This document shows positions 49,420 to 61,109 of a stretch of DNA of 64,000 bases, piece after piece (position 1 is the first letter of the stretch; the number at the start of each line of letters is the position of its first letter). The DNA is from Anaeramoeba ignava BMAN (lineage: Eukaryota; Protista; Anaeramoebae), in the NCBI GenBank assembly GCA_028826165.1, contig JAPDFW010000070.1, forward strand, positions 1 through 64,000. The letters are read 5' to 3'. Position numbers and translations under genes: made by a program. Under the pieces are notes generated by a model. The model was not told the DNA's origin. It searched no databases and saw nothing but the letters and a program-made list of their open reading frames with translations.

Positions 49420-51632
49420 TTAAAGTTCTTTTTTGTTTTGTTTTTTAGGTTTTTGATCATCAACCCATTCAAAAGTTTGCCAAGGAAAATCATAAGTATC
49501 AGGAAGACCAACATGTTCAAAAATAAATGGACAAGTTGAAAATTTAAAAACTGGTTGATCATCATAAGTAGGTGATGAAATTGCATAAACAGTCATATTC
49601 TGTGCTGATTCATAACTAACAATTTTTGAATCTAATCCTCCAAAACCTGCTTTCATTAAATGTCCAAAAGGTCGAAGATCAACTCTACTGCAAGGTGCAT
49701 TTGCTGGATCATATAAACTTAATGGATCTGTTTTCCATTGATTATATCTCATAATTTTTTTCATATCTTCTAATGTTTGAATTTCACTTGAATTTCTTCT
49801 AAAAATTTTTGCTCTTGAACAATTTACATCTTTTATTAAATTAAATTAGATTAAAATTGAAATTAAAATTAAATTAAAATTAAATTAAAATTAAAATTAA
49901 ATTAAATTAAATTATTAAATTATTAAATTAAATTAAAATTAAAATTAAATTAAATTAAAATTAAAATTAAATAAAATTAAAATTGAATTAAATAAAATTA
50001 AAATTAAATTAAATTATTAAATTATTAAATTAAATATTTAAATTAAATAATGCTAAATACAAGACCAAGAATTTCCAAAACGCTTAACCATTGCAGGATA
50101 ACCAGTAATATTGAAAATAATCTCAAAAGAAGGAATATTATAAGATGGAACATAAGTTTGATTAATTAAAGTATCAGTAATATCATCACTAACAATCATT
50201 CCAGGAACTTGTTCAAGACACCAAAGTGTATTTTCTTTAGGTTTAGTTCCTGGTGTAAATTGTTTATAATCAAGAATAAGCCATTGATTATTATAACTTC
50301 CTGAATTTTCTCGTGAAAATATTAAGACCCAATCTGGTGCTGTATCAGCCATTGAATGTGCAATTCTAACTCTCATCCATTCTAAAATACATTTTGGTTG
50401 AACTAAATCATATAAAGACATATTAAAAATATCAAATGTTGTTTCAAGTGCTGCTAATCCTGTATCAAGAATATAATGATCATCAAAACTAAATAATAAA
50501 CCAGGATATGAACTAAATGAAAGTTTGTGGCATTTAATAAATGGATCATTAAGATTGAATTCATAATGTTTAAATATTCTATTCATGCAACCATAAGTAA
50601 ACCAAGTATCCTGAGCTACAAAAATATCAGAATAATTATCAGCTAATTTGATAAATCCTGTACAATGATCAAATCCAAAATGTCTCATCATAATTTCATC
50701 TTCTGTCATTTCTTCAATTTTGGGTCGTGTTTCTGATAGTGCTGTTGCAAGATCAAGTAAATCACCTGCTGAATTATACATAAAAAGATCTAATTCTGTT
50801 AATTTTTCACCTGAATCATAGTATTTTTGATATCCTTCAACTAATCCTTCAAATTGATCTAAAATATATCCTGTTGCTTGCCAATATGGATCTTCTGCTG
50901 AATATTTTTTAATATTATCTTTTGTATAATTTAAATTATCTTCAAGAAATTTGTATAATGAAGGTGACCATATTTTATTAGGAGCATAATGATTTAACAT
51001 CCAATCATAAATCTTTTTTTAATTTTAATTTTAATTTTAATTTTAATTTTGATTTTAATTTTAATTTTAATTTTAATTTTAATTTTAATTTTAATTTTGA
51101 TTTTAATATTAATTTTAATTTTGATTTTAATATTAATTTTAATTTTAATTAATTTTAATTTTAATTTTAAAGAAAAATACATTATGTCGATGTTGGAAAA
51201 TTCCTAATAAATTGAAAATAGAAAAATTTAATTAACAAAATAAATATAAATTAAACATAAATTGAAAACTTACTTGAATGAGTTAAAGCACCTTCTAAAT
51301 AACCTGCTGCATGCATTTGAACACTATCAGGATAAGATGGATTTGTATAAACATTTAATTGGCCCCATCCTTTTTAAATTTAAATTCAAAATTTTTAAAT
51401 TCAAAATTTTTAAATTCGAAAATTAAAATTAAAAAAAAATAAAAAATAAAAAATAAAAAATACCAATTAAATCCAAAGAATCATTATAAGAACCCCAAGC
51501 TGCTCCATTAAAATCATAACTTCCTTTAATAAGAGAATATTGACCGTTTTGATAATAAACAGTTGCTTTTTGAGAATTTATAAATGAAAAGCAAAATAAA
51601 GTAAAAATAATAATTTGAATTAAATCTTTCAT
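49420..51632 (-). CDS. Phospholipase B-like precursor, copy 2 (same exon structure)
   Basis: Near-identical to copy 1, including HCTG and NSGSYNNQW. Confidence 0.93.
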
Positions 51633-51741
51633 TTTATTATTATTGTTTATTAAAAAAAAAATGAAAAAAAAATGGAAAAAAATGAAAAAAAAATGAAAAA
51701 TTTAAAATCATTTTTTTTTCAATTTTTTTTTTTTTGATAAA

Positions 51742-54700
51742 ATGACTTATCAAATAAGGAAATTAATAAATTTTCTTTTTAATGAATCAGAAAAAATACG
51801 TTATTCAACAACAAAAGCATTAATTAATGAATTAATTTCACAAAAAAAAGCAAAAACAAAAACATTAGATTTGTTTGAAATTATTAAAGTGATTATTGAA
51901 AATTTACAAGAACATTTTAAAAAAGGAGAAAGAGAAAATAATCACACAGAATTTTTACCAGCTTTAAGAGTTTTATTTTATCTTATAATAACAGCACCAA
52001 TTTCTTTATGGAAAAAACAAGTTTCTGAAAAAAATGAGAACTTAAATGAAAATATAAATGAAAATATAAATGAAAATATAAATGAAAATATAAATGAAAA
52101 TTCAAATGAAAATATAAATGAAAATTCAAATGAAAATATAAATGAAAATATAAATGAAAATATAAATGAGAACATAAATGAAAATATAAATGAAAATATA
52201 AATGAAAATACAAATGAAAATATAAATGAAAATATAAATGAAAATTCAAATGAAAATTCAAATGAAAATTCAAATGAAAAACAAATTCCACTTCCTCAAT
52301 TTATCATCCAAAATTTATTTCAAATTATTCAATCCCAACAAATTATTCTTGATAATTCAAAACCTAATAATAATATCGAACTTCACTTACTTATTTTCAG
52401 ATTCATTTACAAAATTTTACAAATCAAAGAATTGGGCAAGATATTTGGAACTTATTTATATTCAGAAAATTGGATTGAAAAAATTCATAATATTCTTAGT
52501 TTGATTGACTCTTTATTAGAATCTGAAAATTTTGATTTTCAATCTTATGAAAAAAAAGAAACAAATAGTGGATTATTATCAATTAAAAGAACAAGAAAAG
52601 TGAATCTTATCCCATTTTTCGATAAAGAATTTGCAACTAAATATAATATTAACCACATTATTGATAATTATCATTTCCCAATGATAGAAACTTGCTTGAG
52701 GATTATATCATGTATTCAGCATATATATACAGAAAAAGAGAAGGAAAAAAAGGAATTTAATTTTGGAATGGAAAGTAAATATTAAAATTGATTTTGATTT
52801 TGATTTTGATTTTGATTTTGATTTTGATTTTGATTTAAATTTAAATTTAATTTTAATAATAGAATGGCAAAAAACTCTTTGTGGATTGCTTGAAAACGAA
52901 CAAACAAAACAAATTCACAACTTAATTCATAATATTCTCTTTAGAATGGTCAAAGGAGATCGATCGAAAATGCATTTCATTCTTGATGAATTTGGGATCA
53001 AAAAAGAACTAATGCAAATCAACGAACAAGAACAAAAATCGAACAAATTTGAGAAGGAAATCAGTTATGAAAAATACGAAAACATTGTGAGTAATCTGGT
53101 TAATTTACGAAACATTGCAAAAAATCGACCATATAATTGGATCAGATATTGTGTTGCAAATAAAGGAACATTTGAAAAAATTTATTGGTTAATGTTTGCG
53201 CTTCCAGTTAATAAGCATGAAACTGTTTGCCTGGATTTACTCACTTTATCTATTGGGGAATATGGAGAAGAGAAGAAGCAAATAGGAAAAGTTGTTGATT
53301 CTTCTTTTTTCTTTAGAAATGAAAAACAAGTTTTAAGACAATTGGTGATTGAAGGTTTGATTGAGAAAGAGGATTCTAAGGTTCGCAAGCAAATTGCAGA
53401 GATGATTCCGCACTTGTTTGGATTACTTGATAAATCACAAGTGGTTGAAGTGCGGAGATTTGTATGGAATCAGCTCCCAAACGCAGCAAAATATGGGAAG
53501 CAAAGTGAGCAATATATGGAATTAGTTGAGAATCTTGAAAAAGAATTGAATGACAATGAAGAGGCAACAGAGAGAAGTTATTTCATGCAAATATTAGCAA
53601 ATACACTGGGGAAGCAAAACAGGAAACTCAACAAACATACAAATTCACATATTTATCAATTTTTACAGAAAAATATCAAGTTTGAAGGATTTTATTTCGA
53701 GGAAGAGCCGTGCTTGATATGCAACACAATAGACACCCAGAGCACAAACTTAGACTTGAAGAAACTAGCCAAGGAGATCAAGTACACGGACTCAGCAATA
53801 TACATCAAATTGAAAAACACAATGCTTATTGAAAGCGTATTTTTTGATTGTTCGGAAATTTCAAAAACAAAACAAGTCAAGAAAATCGATTTCTATTACA
53901 ACAACAAGAATGTTACGCGGATCATCGATCTCAAGAACAAATGGCGGTTGTGGAAAAAAGTGCAGCCACTAAAGCTCGAGGCTTATCAGCAGCACGCAGT
54001 TGTTGAGTTTGCTGTCCCTATTATAGCAACAAATTTTTTGATAGAATTTTCCGATTTTTATCAACAATCTTTTGGATTATTTGAGAAGGTAGGAATTAAA
54101 TTAAACAAAATGAAATAAAAAATTAAAGAGGAATTTTTATATTGTGATTTTTGGAATCAATAGCAAACATGTCCGCGTTGTGGAGCGCAAGTGAGAGATC
54201 GTGCAGGGATTTGTAGCCAATGCGGAGAGAACGCCTTTCAATGCAGACAATGTAGAAATATCAACTATGAAAATCTCAACGCTTTTCTCTGCAATGAATG
54301 TGGATTCTGTCGACACTGCAAGTTTGTATTTGTAATCAAAGCAAAACCCACAATATCTTCTGAACCGCTTGAGAAGGATGAAGATGTGCATGCGGCACTG
54401 CAAACACTGGACTCGCTTTCGGAAACTTCTCTGCAGTTGTTCCGAGAAAACGAGAAACACAAGGCAACAATACTGGAGCTTATGTCCAAAATGCAATTTG
54501 GAATGGCGCCTAGAAACGAGGATCGAGAAAGTATTGTTAATCCAGATATGCATTTGATAGGAAAAACTTATGGGTTGCACAGCAAGCAAATCAGCGCAAA
54601 GATTGTTGAGAATGCACAGAAGATGTTGGCAACAGGCAGAGAGATTACAAGCTACATTGAAAAAGCAGAACAGGGAGAGTTCCAGAACGGGTTGGAAAAA

Positions 54701-57700
54701 GAAGAAGAAAAAAATGAGAATTTTGACAATTTGGATTTTAACAGTAAAAAAGCAAAAAAAAATGTTTGTTATGGATGTGCAGAAAACTTCGCGGCAATGC
54801 TGGTACACTTATTAAGCAATGCAATCCAAAGGGTCAAAACAGGAGATTTAGGTGATCGAGAAGAAAAGAATCTTTTGGACGAATTAGTGAGTACAAGCAT
54901 GAGAAGAGGAACAGCAGAACAACGAACAATGGCACGGCAAGCTATTGTTGAAATGGCTCGCAGAAGTCCAAGAGCACAAGAAACACTTGCTGCAGGACTC
55001 CGCAAGCGTTTTGAACTTGCACTTTCTCATGCAAAATCATCGGAATCTCAAACACTTCTTGGAGAGGATGTTGGTCTTCTTGAGGAAATCTCCACATCAA
55101 AAAACGGGAAAAAACCAGCGAAAATATGGATCAGATTCGCATTGCATCTTCTCGAGAAGATTGCTGGAGAAAGCCAGTATAACACGCCTGTTCTGAGCGA
55201 GATGCTTGTGCTTCCCTGTCTTCGAATTCTGGAAAAAAACAAAAGTGTCAAAATGACTTGGAAGGAATTCAATGCGCGAAGATACATGAACAAATGGATC
55301 GCGCTCACAAACAAAAAGCAACAAGAGAAATCTCAAGGATTGATAGTGAAAAAAATAGGTGATCCAGTGTCAGCATTTCTGCAAATCAAACTTGTGAAAA
55401 AAATGATTTTCAACAGATGGTCTCATTTAGTTAGACTTGAAACGGCAAAAATTTTGCGTCAAATTTCGACAATAAGCACTCAACTTTTGGACCGAACAAC
55501 AACAGTACTTGTGTGCGTATTGAGTAGTGCTCACAAAGCAGGTGATTGTTCGCGAGAGTTTTTCTCGCTGTTCCGAAGAATTGCCGCGCGAAAAGAAGCA
55601 AAGTATCGGCTTGTTTCTCAAGGATTTTTGAGTTTGGTGACAAAACTTATAATGGAAGAGATTTCGCGAATTTCTATGCTTGAGAAATCGCGGATCATGA
55701 GCAAAGTTTCTGAGGGATTGGTGCTAACAGCTTTGATTGATCTTCTTGAGGACTTTTTAGATGATCCACAAATCATAGATCAATTCAAACAAGAAAAGCA
55801 CATGGAAAGTGTGCTTCAAGGATTCTTAACATTAAGAGGACTTGTTCTTCAGAAATCCAAACTGACAAATTTAAGTGCGCGAAAGCTTTCTTTGATTTTC
55901 GAGAAACTAAGAACAAAAGATGAAAAAAATCAAGCGCTATTTATTGAGGCATGTGTGCGTGTTTTAGACAAGCACAGAACAGGAAGAGTGCCTCTTTTTA
56001 TTATGGAGCAAATTGCCGAAATTGCGTGTCCTGTTCCGCAAAAGCCTGTTTACAAACTCAAGCTTGTCAAAACTCCAACCCAAGAGGAATTTGTAAGAGG
56101 ATCCATGACTCACAATCCATATTCAACTGATGAAATTGGAATTTTAATGCGCGATGTTAAAAACAAGATTTGCACAGAACTTGAATTGTTTGGGCTTATT
56201 GACGACGATAACGGAATGGAGCTTCTTGTTAATGGGAAAATTATTCGTCTTCATTTACCAATTACTTCTGTTTTTGAGCAAGTTTGGCTTCCTTCAATCC
56301 AAAAAGATGATGCTGATATTGACATCTCAAGATCAGAATCTATCAACTCAGTCAATTCAATTGATGAGCCTTCGATTATAAATTCACTTTCAGGAGAAAT
56401 GACGCGTTTTGAAAATCTGTTGCAAACACAAGTTCAGGATATTCGCGCAATAAACACTCAATTTGAAATGAAATCCAAAAAATCTCAGCAAAAAGATATT
56501 CCGCCAATGGCTGTTGTATATCGTCTTCAAGGTCTTGATGGAGAGGCGACTGAGCCTGTTGTTGATTCTTTGCAAGATTCCACTGATGATTTTCAAGAAG
56601 ATTTTTCAAATCTTGATTTTCTTTATGATAATACAAGTGAAAATTTGGATTTATCGAAAAATGTTATTTATGAGTATCAAAAAAGGCATAAAATTCTCAC
56701 TGTGTTTGGCAACAGCGGCGGTATTTCCGCACTTCTTAAGATTATTCAGAATATTTCCCTCTCAAGAATTGACAAGGAACTTGTCTCTTCTGCTTTAAGA
56801 CTTCTTGTGCATGCTAGTCGAGTTAAGTCTAATCGGCAAATCATGATTCAATCACGAGCTCAAGATGTTGTTCTTGGAGGAATGGTCAAAGCTTTTAGGC
56901 AGAATGTTGAAGCTGAGATGCTACAGATGTTTCTTATTGTTGTAGAGAAGATTGTTACTGAAATTAATGCGCAAGTTAAGAATTCTGATCAACTTAAAGA
57001 AAATTTGAATGAAAATGAAAATCAACTTAAAGAAAATCAACTTAAAGAAAATTTGAATGAAAATTTGAATGAAAATCAAAATCAAAATGAAAATCAACTT
57101 AAAGAAAATTTGAATGAAAATCAAAATCAAAATCAAAATCAAAATCAAATTGAAGAAAATCAAATTAAAGAAAATCAAATTCAAATTCAAAATCAACTTA
57201 AAGAAAATCAAATTCAAATTCAAAATCAAATTGAAGAAAATCAAATTAAAGAAAATCAAATCCAGGACCAAATCCAAATGTTCCTCGATATGCTTATCCT
57301 TCCTGCAGTCTCTAGAAACAAACACTTAGCTCACGATATAGCACGAATACTTCCATTTCTTACATTAAATAAATCAAAAGCAATGGAATTTTTAATAAAG
57401 AAATTTCTTCCATGCATGGATTTCCAAACAATAGACGCAGCACAACATCCAGACTTCCAATGCACGATAATGATAGAATGTTTAAAAGATCTTTCACATG
57501 CAATCAGAAACGATGAAAGTGGAAAAAAACTAAAAAACACTGCTGTCGAAGTTGGAATAATCCAATTTGGCACAGATTATATTTTAAGAATATTCCCGCC
57601 TAATCTCGCATCAGATTCTAAAGAGTGGAAAGCAGGAACCACAAGTCGATGCGCACCTTATATCCTTGGCATCCTCGCAGGACTTGCACGCAATCATGAA

Positions 57701-59194
57701 CTTACACAACAAAAAATATTTGAATCAGGAATAATAGAATCTCTTATTGCGTTGGAAAAACTCTCAACACAAACTAATCTAGGAACTTTATCTGAGAATG
57801 TCTTGGATATATGCTCTCAGAACAACAAAAAAATAGCGGATCATGTGAATACACTCCGCAAAAGTATCAAAGAAAAACAACGAAAAAAAGCAATGGAAAA
57901 ACGAGCAGAAATGCTTCGACAAATGGGATTCCAAGAGCTGAATTCCCAGCGCAAAGTTGCAATGCCACAAGTCATATCCAAATTGGATGCTACGGAATTT
58001 GGGGAAATTGTGGAAGAAAAAGGACTTAAATGCAGTATTTGCCAAGAAGGAAAAACATTGGAACCAGAAAAACCGCTTGGATTTTATATTTATTCAAAAC
58101 GCATGCCTTTAGAACCGCGCAATATCATTGGGTTTGATGCATTGGGGATCTCATCAGTGACCCAGTTCAACCTGATCCACTTTTCATGCCATCACAAAGC
58201 TGCACAAGTTGATTCACGCGGAGAGCATCCCAAACGCGAGTGGGACGGAGCATATCTGCGCAACTCGCAGGTACTCTGCAACAACCTATTCCCGATCCTT
58301 CTCGACAATCTTCCCGAGCAGCAATATCTTACTGCGGTTGAGACTTACTGGTCTCGACTTGAAGCTGTTTTTGGATCATCAATTCCATTTTCGGCAAGAT
58401 CCAATTTTCTTCTTCATGATCTTAAATTCCTTCTTCTCCGGTTTGCCCGACAGGAGTCGTTCAGCATAGATGCTCATGGTGGCTCTCCAGAAACAAATAT
58501 TCTTGTGCTCCCGTTTATGCTTCAGATGGCAAATTTCCTTCTTCATTTAAATGACGATCAAAACCAAAAGGATCTTGAACCGAAAATATCAAGATTTCTT
58601 GAAATACAAAAAGATGAATGGATTATGAAGAGTATCAGAACAATCGATAATGTTCTGTTTTATTCAACAGCATCTCTTCTTATGTGGCCACTTGATCAAT
58701 GGAATTCTCATCGACTCAAAATTCTTGAGCAAATGATTCTATATTCCTATGTTTGTTTTGCTGAGTCTAAGCACACTCACTCACACAAGCCCAAAAGATC
58801 CAATCTGAAAAAGCAGAGTACAGATACAGAGCCTGATGAGAAACAAAAATCTGCGGATTCTTCTATTGATACAAAAGAGAATGATGAGAAACTTGATCTT
58901 GATTTTTCTTCTCTTTTCCAAACTTTCAAACCAATTTTGAATTTTTTTGCTCTTCTTAATAAGATTCATTTCCAGTTCAAATCACCTTCTGGCTCTCTTG
59001 TTCAAACTCTTAATACAACTATGAGTGATCCTCTTGCTGTTCTTGATACTTCAAAGGTGATTCTCAAGTATTTTCAAGAAGAAATTCTGGTTATTGAGGA
59101 TATTCTTGAGTTTTTAGATGTTTTGGGTTTGTTACAGGATGTTTTAAAGCAGTATGAATCTGTTGAGAAGTGGATTGAATGGATTTTGAAATGA
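51742..59194 (+). CDS. UBR4: UBR4/BIG/p600-like E3/E4 ubiquitin ligase, C-terminal portion only (exons 51742-52774, 52863-54088, 54164-59194; ~2429 aa)
   Basis: FYFEEEPCLIC, CPRC..GICSQCGENAFQCRQCRNINYE..FLCNECG, QEEFVRGSMTHNPYS..MRDVKNKIC, YRLQGLDGEATE, hemiRING CSICQEG..FNLIHFSCH..REWDGA.LRN..CNNLFP, FSIDAHGGSPETN. Confidence 0.93.
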
Positions 59195-59211
59195 ATTTCA
59201 ACTTTAAATTT

Positions 59212-61022
59212 TAAATCTAAATCTAAATCTAAATCTAAATCTAAATCTAAATCTAAATCTAAATCTAAATCTAAATCTATTTTAAATCAATTTTAAATTA
59301 ATTTTATATCAATTTTAAATCAATTTTATATCAATTTTATATTAATTTTAATTCAATTTTATATCAATTTTAAATCAATTTTAAATCAATTTTAAATCAA
59401 TTTTAAATCAATTTTAAATTAATTTTAAATTAATTTTAAATCAATTTTAAATCTATTTTAAATCAATTTTAAATCAATTTTAAATTAATTTTAAATCAAT
59501 TTTATATCAATTTTAAATCAATTTTAAATCAATTTTAAATCAATTTTAAATCAATTTTAAATCAATTTTAAATCAATTTTAAATCAATTTTAAATTAATT
59601 TTAAATCAATTTTAAATCAATTTTAAATCAATTTTATATCAATTTTAAATCAATTTTAAATCAATTTTAAATCAATTTTAAATCAATTTTATATCAATTT
59701 AAATCAATTTTAAATCAATTTTAAATCAATTTTAAATCAATTTTAAATCAATTTTAAATCAATTTTAAATTAATTTTAAATCAATTTTATATCAATTTTA
59801 AATCAATTTTAAATCAATTTTAATTAAATCAATTTTAAATTAATTTTTAAATCAATTTTATATCAATTTTAAATCAATTTTAAATCAATTTTAAATCAAT
59901 TTATATCAATTTTTATATCAATAAATCAATTTTAAATCAATTTTAAATCAATTTTAAAATTAATTTTAAATCAATTTTTAAATCAATTTTATATCAATTT
60001 TATATCAATTTTAAATCAATTTTAAATTAATTTTAAATCAATTTTAAATCAATTTTAAATCAATTTTAAATCAATTTTAAATCAATTTTAAATCAATTTT
60101 AAATCAATTTTATATCAATTTTAAATCAATTTTAAATCAATTTTAAATCAATTTTAAATCAATTTTAAATCAATTTTAAATTAATTTTAAATCAATTTTA
60201 TATCAATTTTAAATCAATTTTAAATCAATTTTAAATCAATTTTAAATTAATTTTAAATCAATTTTAAATCAATTTTAAATCAATTTTAAATTAATTTTAA
60301 ATCAATTTTTAAATTAATTTTATATCAATTTTAAATCAATTTTATATCAATTTTAAATCAATTTTAAATCAATTTTAAATTAATTTTAAATCAATTTTAA
60401 ATCAATTTTAAATCAATTTTAAATCAATTTTATATCAATTTTAAATCAATTTTAAATCAATTTTAAATCAATTTTAAATCAATTTTAAATCAATTTTAAA
60501 TTAATTTTAAATCAATTTTAAATCAATTTTAAATCAATTTTAAATCAATTTTAAATCAATTTTAAATCAATTTTAAATCAATTTTAAATCAATTTTTAAA
60601 TCAATTTTAAATCAATTTTAAATTAATTTTTAAATCAATTTTAAATCAATTTTATATCAATTTTAAATCAATTTTAAATCAATTTTAAATCAATTTTAAA
60701 TTAATTTTAAATCAATTTTATATCAATTTTAAATTAATTTTAAATCAATTTTATATCAATTTTAAATCAATTTTATATCAATTTTAAATCAATTTTATAT
60801 CAATTTTATATCAATTTTATATTAATTTTATATTAATTTTAAATCAATTTTAATTCAATTTTAAATCAATTTTATATCAAATTTATATCAATTTTATATC
60901 AATTTTAAATCAATTTTATATTAATTTTAAATCAATTTTAAATTAATTTTAAATTAATTTTAAATCAATTTTAAATCAATTTTATATCAATTTTATATCA
61001 ATTTTAAATCAATTTTAAATCA
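59212..61022. repeat. (AAATCT)n followed by a ~1.75-kb 11-bp satellite (TCAATTTTAAA)n
   Basis: Read directly. Confidence 0.95.
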
Positions 61023-61109
61023 AAAATAAATTCAAATGAAAGAAAATTTTTCGCTTTTCATTTTTCATTTTTCATTTTTCATTTTTGTTCTCATTTTTAA
61101 AATAATAAT

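Noticed and set aside
54137-58969. Many short alternate-frame and antisense ORFs inside UBR4 (and in the kinases, Vps52 and Ank-BTB)
   Set aside because: Shadows of real genes with no motifs of their own.
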